A DNA stretch of 64,000 nt from Segatella copri (GCA_021623045.1 JAJWJX010000003.1:29995-93994); one strand, 5' to 3'. Numbered from the stretch's first letter, positions 22,338 to 32,555 are shown. Numbers and translations are program-made. Notes: generated from the sequence alone by a model not told the origin.

Positions 22338-22370
22338 TACTCTTCAGAAACAAGAAGTAAAGGAGGAAAG

Positions 22371-22481
22371 ATGATGCTCTTATACAATATAAAGACGCAT
22401 CCTTTCTTTTTAAAGAGAGATTTTTCGAAACGACTCTTAAATGATGAGTTTCAAAAATTTTGGGAAAAGAAAAAAACGTAA
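22371..22481 (+). CDS. Possible small protein, 36 aa (MMLLYNIKTHPFFLKRDFSKRLLNDEFQKFWEKKKT)
   Basis: ATG preceded by AAAGGAGGAAAG. The stop overlaps the start of the terminator hairpin. Confidence 0.25.
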   Translation: MMLLYNIKTHPFFLKRDFSKRLLNDEFQKFWEKKKT

Positions 22482-22525
22482 AAATCCCGTTGTCAGCCAT
22501 CTGGCTTGTACAACGGGATTTTTTC
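22481..22525. terminator. Bidirectional rho-independent terminator
   Basis: AAAATCCCGTTGT pairs with ACAACGGGATTTT, with T-runs on both strands. It lies 25 nt after the M16 peptidase stop. Confidence 0.8.
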
Positions 22526-22549
22526 GTTTATTATATCAAGTCCGAGATT

Positions 22550-25372
22550 TTACTTCTCGTTCTTCACTGCCTTCATGATGATCTCGAAATGATTACCACT
22601 CTTCAAGATGACATTCTTCAGGAAATCTGAAATCTCAGATGCCTTCAGATTCTTCACCATCTCCTTGTAATCGCTATGAGTATCAACACCCATACGCTCG
22701 TATGTACTCAACGCACCAAGCCAATAACCATTGGTTTTTTCGCTAACAGCAGCCTGCTTCAGGAGAATCTCCTTCACCTTCTGAAGGTCTTCTGCATTTG
22801 GCTGGGCTACGGTCTCGTCCATACCCTTGAAGAAGTAAGGAATAGCGATATCCGACTTCTCTGGGTTCAACTGAGCCACAGCAGAAATAGAGATGGCAGC
22901 CTTGTTATCATAATCGCGAAGCAAACCATAGTTTGCACCTGCATGATAAGCAGCGCTGAGTTCCTCACGGATAGTACGCAAATACTTCATCTCCAAAAGG
23001 CGGGCTGAAACATCAGCAAGAACCATATACTGCAAGGTGAATGGAGCCTTGGTATACCAGATCTCTGTTGCCTGGTTCTGTGGATTCTCCATTGCCTTTG
23101 TAAAGACATTGCTTACCTTACCCTTAGCATAAGGAATCTGCTTGTTCTTCAGCTTGAAGCCATTGTTTGGCAGACTGGCGATATACTGCTCGATGAGTGG
23201 GAGGAGAGTCTTCTCATCATAGTTACCTACGAAATAGAAGGTGAAGTCCTTGGCATTGCCGTAGAACTGCTTACCAATCTCCAGGATACGGTCGTAGTTG
23301 ATATCCTTGATATCGCTTGCCTCTGGCACACGGGCAAGTTTGCTACCCAAATAGAGAGTGCTCTGAACAGAATCCTGATATACGAGGCTTGGGTTATTGC
23401 TCTTGTTGGCAAGAACAGTAGCCATCATACTCTTCATATTGTCAAAGCTCTTCTGGTCCTTGCTTACTGCGGTCATCTTGAGATAGATGAGCTGCATCAA
23501 GGTTTCGATGTCCTTAGGAGTAGAATTACCCTTCAAACCATGATTGAAAGGACTCAAGCTGAACGAAACACCAGCCTGCTTACCAGCCAAAGCCTTATCA
23601 AGCTCATTGCTTGAGAAATCGCCAAGACCACTAGCATCGAGCACATCTGCTGCAAATGCAGCATTCAGGAAGTCTTCCTTTCCGAAAGTAGAATAGCCCA
23701 CATTGGCTGAAGCTGCGAAAGCAATCTCATTGTCCTTGAAATCGGTCTTCTTCAATACCACCTTAGCGCCATTAGAAAGAGTCAACTCCTTGAAGCCCAA
23801 CTTCTTGTTCTCAACAGTCTTCTTAATCTTACCAGCCTTAGGAGCCTGAGCGATGAGAGGTTCCTGCTTAACATTATCCACATAAGCCTCGAGCTTCTCA
23901 GCACGTACCTGCTTTACGATGGCAGAGAGTTCCTGCTCTGTAGGATAAACGGCACCAGCCTGCTCGCGCATCATTACCAATGATACAAGGTTGGTATCGC
24001 TCTGACAAACCAACTGCTTGGCATAGCTGTTGATAACCTCAAGAGGCAAGTTTGGAACTACCATCTTCCAGATCTGGCTCTCCTCTTCTACTGATGGAAT
24101 AGGCTCGTTAGAAGTGAAGTTATCCACATACTGGGTGGTAAACTGCTCGTTCTTCATCTTATCTTTGTTGGCAAGCGCCTTGTCAACCTGGCTCATGAAT
24201 TCATCCTTGGCACGCTGATACTCAGTAGCTGTGAAACCGAACTCATGCATACGCTGTGCCTCGCGGAGAACAGCAGCATAAGCCTCCTTAATCTTTCCTG
24301 GCTTAGCCACACCGGTAAGGGTGAAAGCATCCTTAGTGCTTGAAATCAGGTATGAACCATCACCGGCACTTGCCTGGAGATATGGACAGTCTGGCTCCAA
24401 TGCCTTCTCAGCATAACGGGCAGCAATCATAGAAGAAATCACGTTATCCATGTATCCCTTCAGGAGATAGCTCATGTTGCTCTTCAGAGAATCTGGCACA
24501 GCATTGTGCTTCATATAAACCTGGAAGAGATCAACCTGCTGCTCCTTATCCTTGTCGATAACATAGATGGCAGAATCATTATCAGATACTTCTACCTTCT
24601 CAACCTTAGCGGCATTCTTAGGTACCTTGATACCGGAGAAGAGTTCCTTAATCTTAGCTTCGATATGATTTACATCTACATCACCCACGATGATAATAGC
24701 CTGATTGTCTGGGCGATACCATTTGCGATAGTAAGCACGGAGAGTTTCTGGCTTACAACCATCGATAACGCTCATCAAACCGATAGGGAAACGGTAGCCA
24801 TACTTTTCGCCCTGATAGAGCTTAGGAAGTGAACGCTCTATCATGCGCTGCTGACCTACGATACGCATACGGTACTCATTGTGTACCACATCGCGCTCGT
24901 CATTGATGGCTTCCTTGGTAAGAGAGATACCGTTGCTCCAATCCTTGAGGATGAGCATGCATGAATCTACGGCTGTAGGGCGGGTAGTAGGTACATCGGT
25001 GAAGTAATATACGGTTTTCTCTACGCTGGTATAGGCATTGAGATTTCTACCATACTCCACGCCGATGCTCTGCAGGTAATCCTGGAGGGAATTACCTTTG
25101 AAGTGATCGGTACCGTTGAAGGCGAGGTGCTCGAGGAGGTGAGCCAAACCGCGCTGGTCATCATTCTCATTGATAGAACCCACTTTCTGTGCGATGTAGA
25201 AACTGGCTACATGCTCAGGATAACTGTTGTGACGAATGTAGTAAGTCAATCCATTATCAAGACGACCTATCTTCACATTCTTGTCTACCGGAATAGCTGG
25301 CATCTGCTGTGCCATCGCTGTACCTGCAGAAAGGAACAGCACAACTGCTGCAAAAATCTTTCTTAGTTTCAT
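22550..25372 (-). CDS. M16-family zinc peptidase (fused double insulinase-like, PqqL-type)
   Basis: HLLEHLAFNGT (HxxEH) zinc motif and a signal peptide. 940 aa. Confidence 0.92.
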   Translation of the reverse strand: MKLRKIFAAVVLFLSAGTAMAQQMPAIPVDKNVKIGRLDNGLTYYIRHNSYPEHVASFYIAQKVGSINENDDQRGLAHLLEHLAFNGTDHFKGNSLQDYLQSIGVEYGRNLNAYTSVEKTVYYFTDVPTTRPTAVDSCMLILKDWSNGISLTKEAINDERDVVHNEYRMRIVGQQRMIERSLPKLYQGEKYGYRFPIGLMSVIDGCKPETLRAYYRKWYRPDNQAIIIVGDVDVNHIEAKIKELFSGIKVPKNAAKVEKVEVSDNDSAIYVIDKDKEQQVDLFQVYMKHNAVPDSLKSNMSYLLKGYMDNVISSMIAARYAEKALEPDCPYLQASAGDGSYLISSTKDAFTLTGVAKPGKIKEAYAAVLREAQRMHEFGFTATEYQRAKDEFMSQVDKALANKDKMKNEQFTTQYVDNFTSNEPIPSVEEESQIWKMVVPNLPLEVINSYAKQLVCQSDTNLVSLVMMREQAGAVYPTEQELSAIVKQVRAEKLEAYVDNVKQEPLIAQAPKAGKIKKTVENKKLGFKELTLSNGAKVVLKKTDFKDNEIAFAASANVGYSTFGKEDFLNAAFAADVLDASGLGDFSSNELDKALAGKQAGVSFSLSPFNHGLKGNSTPKDIETLMQLIYLKMTAVSKDQKSFDNMKSMMATVLANKSNNPSLVYQDSVQSTLYLGSKLARVPEASDIKDINYDRILEIGKQFYGNAKDFTFYFVGNYDEKTLLPLIEQYIASLPNNGFKLKNKQIPYAKGKVSNVFTKAMENPQNQATEIWYTKAPFTLQYMVLADVSARLLEMKYLRTIREELSAAYHAGANYGLLRDYDNKAAISISAVAQLNPEKSDIAIPYFFKGMDETVAQPNAEDLQKVKEILLKQAAVSEKTNGYWLGALSTYERMGVDTHSDYKEMVKNLKASEISDFLKNVILKSGNHFEIIMKAVKNEK

Positions 25373-25509
25373 CTGATTTTAATTATTTATGTATTTATTG
25401 TATTCTATATCATTCTTTCTATATACCTTATTATATATATATCATGCTACTTAATAAGTTCACCTATATATAAACGATAAACCAAGCAATATGGTTATCT
25501 TCTGCGATG

Positions 25510-25517
25510 CAAAATTA
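25510..25517 (-). promoter_or_regulatory. -7 box TAATTTTG (minus strand) for the M16 peptidase gene
   Basis: Plus strand reads CAAAATTA, ~138 nt upstream of ATG 25372. Confidence 0.45.
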
Positions 25518-25613
25518 AGAAAAATAAAAAAGATTTGCAAACATTTTAGAGAATATCTTCCCGATGTATGCAAATCTTAACCTAAAACTAACATTGGAGG
25601 CAGAAAACCAATC

Positions 25614-26996
25614 CTAACCTACATGAAAACTCTTCATCCATGACCCTCTGAAGAGGCGGAAAAGAAAGAGGATTCCCCTGAATGTGAGTTCGGTAGCCAT
25701 CGCTATCCATACTCCCTCCAAGCCATAACTCTTGGAAAGAGCATAAGCCAGGGTAAGGCGTACCAGCCACATGGTTCCGAGATTGATCATCGCCGGTTTC
25801 CGGGTATCGCCCGCTCCTACACAAACACAATAGGTCACGATGCTGGCTGCAAAGAACGGCTCTGCAAAAGCCTCGATGCGCAGACAGACGGTTCCCAGTT
25901 CACGGATACTTTCTACCGGAGAAAGAACGCCAATCATCTCAGGAGCAAAGACATACATCACCACTCCCATCACAGCCATCACAGCCATTCCCAGTCCTAC
26001 TGTCATATAAGCGAAATTCTTACACAAACCTACTCGCCCTGCTCCATGCGTCTGTCCCACCAGAGTGGTAGCCGCATCACCAATACCATAGCCCGGCATA
26101 TAGCAAAGACTCTCTGCCGTAATAGCAAAAGAATGGGCAGCAATGGCTATATTGCCAAGAGGTGCCACTATCATGGTACTCACTATCTGCGCACCGCTCA
26201 TCAATATGTTCTGTATGGCTATCGGAATGCTGATTTTACAGGCATTATGAACATACGACCTGACCCAACGGAAACGGACATGGTCCTGACGGAGATTCAG
26301 TATTTTATTCTTGAAACCTGCAAGATAAAGATTAGGCAGAGAGATGCAGACATAAGCCATCGCCGTTCCTAAGGCAGCCCCCACAACACCCAACTTCAGG
26401 ATATAGATAAACAGGTAATTGAATATCACATCGCAGATGCAAATCAATACTGCCATCACACTAGGTGTATGCATATTGCCCGCCGATTTCAGCATCATCT
26501 CGGATATATGATAAAGGAAAACGAATGGAAGTACCAGACCATATATCAGAAAATAGCGAGAGGAATTGGTGGCAATATCGGCACCTCCACCCAGCCAATA
26601 AGGCAGATAACCATGAATGCCGACACAGAGAAGAGAAACAAAAATGCTGAACGCCACACCGCAAATCAGCGCATGACGAAACACCTGACGGGCATTTGCA
26701 AAATCATTAGCTCCGATAAAATGAGCCACCTGTACTGAAAAGCCAGTAGCCGCCGCACTGAGCAAGCTACCTATAAGCCAGGTAGTTGACTCTATCAATC
26801 CGATACTGGCAGAAGCCTCTGCTCCCAGATGACCCACCATCGAAGCATCGATGAAGAACATCATCACCGTAGAAATCTGAGCCAGCATAGAAGGTATACT
26901 CAATCCTACAATAAGATTGAGTTTCTCGCGCCGATCCATCTCCCTACCCAGGCGAATCGACTCCATCAAATAATCTGTCTTCTTGCTATAAAGCAT
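25614..26996 (-). CDS. MATE-family efflux transporter
   Basis: Twelve hydrophobic segments and MATE-like repeats (SIPSMLAQIS, GAQIVSTMIVAPLG). The start could instead be the downstream M at residue 11. Confidence 0.88.
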   Translation of the reverse strand: MLYSKKTDYLMESIRLGREMDRREKLNLIVGLSIPSMLAQISTVMMFFIDASMVGHLGAEASASIGLIESTTWLIGSLLSAAATGFSVQVAHFIGANDFANARQVFRHALICGVAFSIFVSLLCVGIHGYLPYWLGGGADIATNSSRYFLIYGLVLPFVFLYHISEMMLKSAGNMHTPSVMAVLICICDVIFNYLFIYILKLGVVGAALGTAMAYVCISLPNLYLAGFKNKILNLRQDHVRFRWVRSYVHNACKISIPIAIQNILMSGAQIVSTMIVAPLGNIAIAAHSFAITAESLCYMPGYGIGDAATTLVGQTHGAGRVGLCKNFAYMTVGLGMAVMAVMGVVMYVFAPEMIGVLSPVESIRELGTVCLRIEAFAEPFFAASIVTYCVCVGAGDTRKPAMINLGTMWLVRLTLAYALSKSYGLEGVWIAMATELTFRGILFLFRLFRGSWMKSFHVG

Positions 26997-27024
26997 AAAT
27001 TAATTTCTCGTATATCGCTCATAC

Positions 27025-27072
27025 AAAAAAATATGTGCATATATCATTTCAAACATATGCACATACTTTTTT
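27025..27072. terminator. Bidirectional-looking terminator after the FKBP gene
   Basis: Perfect 11-bp arms TATGTGCATAT and ATATGCACATA, flanked by an A-run on the left and a T-run on the right. Confidence 0.7.
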
Positions 27073-27089
27073 CTAAATCTTTATTCTTA

Positions 27090-27743
27090 TTATTTAGTAA
27101 TCCACTTCTTGCCAGAAGCTCTCTTATAACTCTTGAGCACCATCTCAAAACGGAGCATTGAATAGCCTTGGATTGAAGAATTACCGCTCTCGCCATAAGC
27201 CAGCTGGTATGGAATGAACACCTGCCAATGGTCGCCCGGATGCATCTTGAGCAATGCGGTGGTAAAGCCATCGATAAATCCACCGGCCACACTACGGGTA
27301 GGATTAGCTGTAGCTGCATCAAAAGTACCCGTAAAACTCTGGTCGAAGACGTAACCTTCCTTATAATTATCAGTAGGAATGTAACGGCCACGATAGCTCA
27401 CCTGTACCGAATCGGTAAGGATTGGAGAAGTTTTACCCTCTCCCGTCTTCAGAACATGAACGATGATATTATCGCAATCCTTATAAGGAAGGGTCACTAA
27501 ATTACCATTCTGATCCTTGTTCAGAGTCGGAATCTGGTTTTCGAACGTCCAGTTCTTATAAACGTACCAGCCGTTAGCTTCACCCATCTTTCTGGCATAA
27601 GCCAATGTATCGGCAAAAGCCTGCTCGTTACGCTCCTGCCAGTTGGCATATTCCGAGACATTATCATCATCTTCGCTGCATGATGACAGCGTGATTACTG
27701 CCATCATGAGGAAGAAGAAATATTTCAAACTCTTAAGATTCAT
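27090..27743 (-). CDS. FKBP-type peptidyl-prolyl isomerase lipoprotein
   Basis: Lipobox LSSC and FKBP C-terminal signatures (GDHWQVFIPYQLAYGESG). Confidence 0.88.
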   Translation of the reverse strand: MNLKSLKYFFFLMMAVITLSSCSEDDDNVSEYANWQERNEQAFADTLAYARKMGEANGWYVYKNWTFENQIPTLNKDQNGNLVTLPYKDCDNIIVHVLKTGEGKTSPILTDSVQVSYRGRYIPTDNYKEGYVFDQSFTGTFDAATANPTRSVAGGFIDGFTTALLKMHPGDHWQVFIPYQLAYGESGNSSIQGYSMLRFEMVLKSYKRASGKKWITK

Positions 27744-27761
27744 CTAAATGTATTTGATTAA

Positions 27762-29324
27762 TTAGAAGTTCTTGATTTCCTTGCCAAGCTTCTTCAATAC
27801 GCTAGTGATGCTTACGCGCTCCTCGATGATGCTACGAAGATCTGAGATAGCTACGCGCTCCTGCTCCATGGTATCACGATAACGCAGTGTTACCTTATGA
27901 TCGTTTGGAGTCTCGTGGTCTACGGTGATACAGAATGGAGTACCGATAGCATCCTGACGGCGATAACGCTTACCGATAGAATCCTTAGGATCGCCATAGT
28001 GAGTATTGAAGTGGAACTTCAGCTCGTCTACAATCTCGTGTGCCAACTCTGGCAAACCATACTTCTTATCCAATGGGAACACAGCACACTTAACAGGTGC
28101 CAAAGCCTCTGGCAAACGCAAAACAACACGTGTCTCGCCATTCTCCAGCTTCTCCTCGCAGTAAGAGTGACACATTACGCTGAGGAACATACGGTCTACA
28201 CCGATAGATGTCTCTACATCGTAAGGTACATAGCTCTCGTTCTTCTCTGGATCGAAGTACTTGATAGAACGGCCGCTGTACTTCTCGTGCTGAGAAAGGT
28301 CGAAATTGGTACGGCTGTGGATACCCTCTACCTCCTTGAAGCCGAATGGCATCTTAAACTCGATGTCGGTAGCAGCATTGGCATAGTGAGCCAGCTTCTC
28401 GTGATCGTGGTAACGGTAATTCTCATTACCCATACCGAGAGCCTCGTGCCAAGCCAGACGAACCTTCTTCCAATACTCAAACCACTTCATCTCAGTACCT
28501 GGCTGGCAGAAGAACTGCATCTCCATCTGCTCAAACTCACGCATACGGAATACGAACTGACGGGCTACAACCTCGTTACGGAAAGCCTTACCAATCTGGC
28601 AGATACCGAATGGCAACTTCATACGGCCGGTCTTCTGAACGCTCAGGTAATCTACGAAGATACCCTGAGCTGTCTCAGGACGGAGATATACCTTGCTTGT
28701 AGCATCGCTGGCAGCACCCATCTGGGTAGAGAACATCAGGTTGAACTGACGGACATCTGTCCAGTTCTTGGTACCGCTGATAGGGCAAACGATACCCTCA
28801 TCCTCGATAATCTGCTTCAGCATTTCCAGGTTAGGACCCTGCATAGCCTCAGTATAGCGGGCATGGAGATCATCAAACTTCTTCTGGTTCTCCAGAACGC
28901 GAGTATTAGTTGCACGGAACTGAGCCTCATCAAAGCTATCGCCGAAACGCTTCTTAGCCTTGGCAATCTCCTTGGCAATCTTCTCCTCATACTTAGCCAT
29001 GTGATCCTCGATGAGCACATCGGCACGATAACGCTTCTTTGAATCGCGGTTATCAATCAATGGGTCATTGAAAGCATCTACGTGTCCAGATGCCTTCCAT
29101 ACTGTAGGATGCATGAAGATAGCTGCATCGAGACCAACAATGTTCTCGTGCAACAACACCATACTCTGCCACCAGTACTGCTTGATATTGTTTTTGAGCT
29201 CAACACCATTCTGACCATAGTCATAAACGGCAGCCAAGCCATCATAAATTTCACTACTTGGGAACACGAAGCCATATTCCTTGCAATGGCTTACAATTTT
29301 CTTAAAAACATCTTCCTGTGCCAT
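27762..29324 (-). CDS. glyQS: Glycine--tRNA ligase (class II, single-chain GlyQS type)
   Basis: N-terminus MAQEDVFKKIVSHCKEYGFVFPSSEIYDGL, class II motifs (FRNE, GIGVDR-like SIGVDR) and an anticodon-binding C-terminus. Confidence 0.95.
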   Translation of the reverse strand: MAQEDVFKKIVSHCKEYGFVFPSSEIYDGLAAVYDYGQNGVELKNNIKQYWWQSMVLLHENIVGLDAAIFMHPTVWKASGHVDAFNDPLIDNRDSKKRYRADVLIEDHMAKYEEKIAKEIAKAKKRFGDSFDEAQFRATNTRVLENQKKFDDLHARYTEAMQGPNLEMLKQIIEDEGIVCPISGTKNWTDVRQFNLMFSTQMGAASDATSKVYLRPETAQGIFVDYLSVQKTGRMKLPFGICQIGKAFRNEVVARQFVFRMREFEQMEMQFFCQPGTEMKWFEYWKKVRLAWHEALGMGNENYRYHDHEKLAHYANAATDIEFKMPFGFKEVEGIHSRTNFDLSQHEKYSGRSIKYFDPEKNESYVPYDVETSIGVDRMFLSVMCHSYCEEKLENGETRVVLRLPEALAPVKCAVFPLDKKYGLPELAHEIVDELKFHFNTHYGDPKDSIGKRYRRQDAIGTPFCITVDHETPNDHKVTLRYRDTMEQERVAISDLRSIIEERVSITSVLKKLGKEIKNF

Positions 29325-29354
29325 GATTAAATCTTATTTTTTTCAAATTTTCGG

Positions 29355-29362
29355 CAAAGATA
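29355..29362 (-). promoter_or_regulatory. -7 box TATCTTTG (minus strand) for glyQS
   Basis: Plus strand reads CAAAGATA, 31 nt upstream of ATG 29324. Confidence 0.55.
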
Positions 29363-29386
29363 CTCTTTTTTCTCGAAAAATTGTTG

Positions 29387-29394
29387 TATTTTTG
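29387..29394 (+). promoter_or_regulatory. -7 box TATTTTTG for parC
   Basis: Exact TAnnTTTG match 36 nt before ATG 29430. Confidence 0.55.
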
Positions 29395-29429
29395 CCATAA
29401 ATTAATAAAATAAGTATTAAAAGCTATAT

Positions 29430-32291
29430 ATGAGCGACGAAATTAAAGATAAAAACGGTCTTGAAGAGGGAAAATCACCAAATTTGGAAAATTCTTCTAC
29501 AGAATCTGAACAGGATGCTGCAGAAGATGCCAACGAGGAGATTTCGACCGAAGAACATTCCGATTATAAGCCGGTGAACCGATTCGATGCTTCTGCTGTA
29601 CATCACCTCAGCGGAATGTATCAGAACTGGTTCCTCGACTATGCATCGTATGTGATCCTCGAACGTGCCGTTCCTCATATTGAGGATGGTTTGAAACCGG
29701 TACAGCGACGCATCCTCCACTCTATGAAGCGCATGGACGACGGAAGATACAACAAGGTTGCCAATATCGTGGGACATACCATGCAGTTTCACCCTCATGG
29801 CGATGCGTCTATCGGAGATGCTTTGGTACAGATGGGACAGAAAGACCTGCTCATCGATACGCAGGGTAACTGGGGAAACATTCTTACGGGCGACCGTGCT
29901 GCTGCTCCCCGATATATCGAGGCACGCCTCTCTAAGTTTGCTCTCGACGTGGTTTTCAATCCTAAAACCACCGACTGGCAACTCTCTTATGATGGCAGAA
30001 ACAAGGAGCCTATCACGCTCCCTGCCAAATTCCCGTTGCTCCTGGCACAAGGTGCCGAGGGTATTGCCGTGGGATTGAGCAGTAAGGTTTTGCCACATAA
30101 TTTCAATGAGATTTGCGATGCTGCCGTCCACTATCTCAAGGGCGAGCCATTCCAACTCTATCCCGACTTCCCTACAGGAGGTGCCATCGATGTAAGTAAA
30201 TACAATGATGGACAGCGAGGTGGTGCATTGAAGGTAAGAGCCAAGATAGACAAGCTCGACAACAAGACACTCGTTATCAGCGAGATACCATTCAGCAAAA
30301 CAACAGGCAGCCTCATCGATTCTATCACCAAAGCGGTAGAAAAGGGTAAGATTAAGGCACGCAAGGTAGACGATGTTACTTCAGCAAATGTTGAGATTCT
30401 TGTGCATCTGGCACCAGGTACCTCATCAGATAAAACGATGGACGCACTCTACGCATTCAGCGATTGCGAAATCAACATCTCGCCCAACTGCTGCGTCATC
30501 GAAGACAACAAGCCTGTATTCCTCACTATCAGCGATGTGTTGCGCCACAGCGTAGACCGCACAATGGGATTGCTGCGCAAGGAACTGATGATCAGAAAGG
30601 GAGAATTGGAGGAGCAGCTCTTCTTCTCTTCTCTCGAACGGATTTTCATCGAAGAACGTATCTACAAGGAGCGAAAGTTTGAGCAGAGTAAGAGTCAGGA
30701 TGAGGTTGTTGCCTTCATCGATTCAAAACTCGAGCCATTCAAGGACAAACTCTTTACTGCCGAAGTAGACGGTAAGGGTATGGTAGAATATGCCTTCCAT
30801 CGGGAAATAACCCGCGAGGACATTCTCAAACTCCTGGAAATCAAGATGCAGCGCATCCTTAAATATAATAAGGATAAGGCAGACGAACTGCTGATGAAGA
30901 TTAAGGCTGAACTTGCTGAGATTGAGAACGACCTGGCTCACATGACCGATGTAACCATCAACTGGTTTGAATATCTCAAGGGGAAATACGGAAAGAACCA
31001 TCCTCGCAAAACAGAAATCAGAAACTTTGATACCATTGAGGTTACAAAGGTGGTAGAGGCTAACCAGAAACTCTATATCAACCGTCAGGAAGGTTTCGTT
31101 GGTACAGGGTTGAAGAAGGATGAATTCGTATGCAACTGCTCCGACCTCGATGACATCATCATCTTCTATAAGGATGGTAAGTTTAAAGTCACCAAGGTAG
31201 CAGACAAGATATTCGTCGGCAAGAATATCCTCCATGTTCAGGTATTCAAGAAGAACGACAAGCGCACCATCTACAACTGTGTTTACCGCGACGGCAAACA
31301 GGGCGATTACTTCATCAAGCGATTCAACGTAACCGCCATGACCCGCGACAAGTTGTATGACATCACCCAGGGTACACCTGGCAGCCGCGTCATCTACTTC
31401 ACCGCCAATCCGAATGGAGAGGCAGAAATCATCAAGTGTACGATGGAGCCCGACCTGACGAAGAAGCGCCAGAGCATCTTCCTGGAGAAGGATTTCTCAG
31501 ACATTCTGATTAAGGGACGTGCTGCAAAAGGTAATCTCCTGACCAAGCGCCCTATTCGCCGTATCGGTCTGAAGAGTCACGGCCACAGTACGTTAGGAGG
31601 CAGAAAGGTTTGGTTCGATCCGGATGTAAACCGCATCAATTACGATGAGAACGGCCGCTTCCTAGGCGAATTCAATGATGATGATTCTATCTTGGTTGTA
31701 CTCGACAACGGTGAATTCTACATCACCAATTTCGATGTCAACAACCACTACGAGGACAACATCATCCGCTTAGAAAAATGGGATGAGCATAAGATATGGA
31801 CGGCTATCCTCTACGATGCCGACAATCAGGGATATCCATACATCAAGCGATTCACGATGGATGCCACCAAGCGCCATCAGAATTTCATGGGCGAGAATCC
31901 TAACTGCAAGCTCATCTTGCTTACCGATACGGTTTATCCACGCATCAAGGTTACTTATGGCGGTGTGGATGCCATCCGTCCAGCCGAGGAAATCGATGCC
32001 GAACAGTTCATTGCGCAGAAGAGTTTCAAGGCAAAGGGTAAGCGCCTCACGACATGGAAGATTGAAAGTATCGAGGAACTGGAACCAACCCGATTCCCAG
32101 AACCTCCTTCTGAGGATAATGATGAGGAACCGGATGGTTCTGACTCAGAGAATGAAGGTGAAAACCTTGATCCAGATGCTGGCAAAAGCGAGCAACAGGT
32201 GATTGACGAATTGACCGGTCAGACCAACCTCTTCTCAGAAAAAGATTTCGAAGAAGACCAGAAGGATAAAGACTGGTTATCGAAGCAATAA
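29430..32291 (+). CDS. parC: DNA topoisomerase IV subunit A (GyrA/ParC family) with acidic N- and C-terminal extensions
   Basis: LKPVQRRILHSM and HPHGDASIGDALV motifs, a catalytic-Tyr region (AAPRYIEARL) and a beta-pinwheel C-terminal domain. Confidence 0.9.
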   Translation: MSDEIKDKNGLEEGKSPNLENSSTESEQDAAEDANEEISTEEHSDYKPVNRFDASAVHHLSGMYQNWFLDYASYVILERAVPHIEDGLKPVQRRILHSMKRMDDGRYNKVANIVGHTMQFHPHGDASIGDALVQMGQKDLLIDTQGNWGNILTGDRAAAPRYIEARLSKFALDVVFNPKTTDWQLSYDGRNKEPITLPAKFPLLLAQGAEGIAVGLSSKVLPHNFNEICDAAVHYLKGEPFQLYPDFPTGGAIDVSKYNDGQRGGALKVRAKIDKLDNKTLVISEIPFSKTTGSLIDSITKAVEKGKIKARKVDDVTSANVEILVHLAPGTSSDKTMDALYAFSDCEINISPNCCVIEDNKPVFLTISDVLRHSVDRTMGLLRKELMIRKGELEEQLFFSSLERIFIEERIYKERKFEQSKSQDEVVAFIDSKLEPFKDKLFTAEVDGKGMVEYAFHREITREDILKLLEIKMQRILKYNKDKADELLMKIKAELAEIENDLAHMTDVTINWFEYLKGKYGKNHPRKTEIRNFDTIEVTKVVEANQKLYINRQEGFVGTGLKKDEFVCNCSDLDDIIIFYKDGKFKVTKVADKIFVGKNILHVQVFKKNDKRTIYNCVYRDGKQGDYFIKRFNVTAMTRDKLYDITQGTPGSRVIYFTANPNGEAEIIKCTMEPDLTKKRQSIFLEKDFSDILIKGRAAKGNLLTKRPIRRIGLKSHGHSTLGGRKVWFDPDVNRINYDENGRFLGEFNDDDSILVVLDNGEFYITNFDVNNHYEDNIIRLEKWDEHKIWTAILYDADNQGYPYIKRFTMDATKRHQNFMGENPNCKLILLTDTVYPRIKVTYGGVDAIRPAEEIDAEQFIAQKSFKAKGKRLTTWKIESIEELEPTRFPEPPSEDNDEEPDGSDSENEGENLDPDAGKSEQQVIDELTGQTNLFSEKDFEEDQKDKDWLSKQ

Positions 32292-32474
32292 AAAGCGCTA
32301 AGAAAGCGCAAGGAAAGCACAAAAGAAAGCGCAAGGAAAGCAGCAAGAAAAGCGCAAGGAAAGCGCCCATCATAAAAAAGGAGCTTAAGCCCAAAAAGCT
32401 TAAGCCCCTTTTTTATTATCTAGCCATTTGCATTTCGCGCTTTAGCGTTTAGCGCTTCAGCGTTTCGCGTTCAG
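32292..32474. repeat. Word palindrome: (AAAGCGCAAGG)-type array, central hairpin, inverted (GCGCTTT/AGCGTTT) array
   Basis: Left array 32292-32366 and right array 32431-32474. It starts right after the parC stop. Confidence 0.8.
32374..32415. terminator. Bidirectional terminator between parC (+) and the phosphatase gene (-)
   Basis: AAAAGGAGCTTAAGC pairs with GCTTAAGCCCCTTTT (1 mismatch), with A/T runs on both sides. Confidence 0.7.
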
Positions 32475-32555
32475 TAAAAAAGAAGCCAGTCCCCCTCCTG
32501 CCCCCGTTCCAGGCGATTCCATCGCCTGTCCCCCAGCAGTCAGTAGCCTCCATTT

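Noticed and set aside
27897-29042. 381-aa plus-strand ORF
   Set aside because: It is antisense to glyQS. Its L/I/T-rich sequence matches no family, and glyQS on the minus strand is unambiguous.
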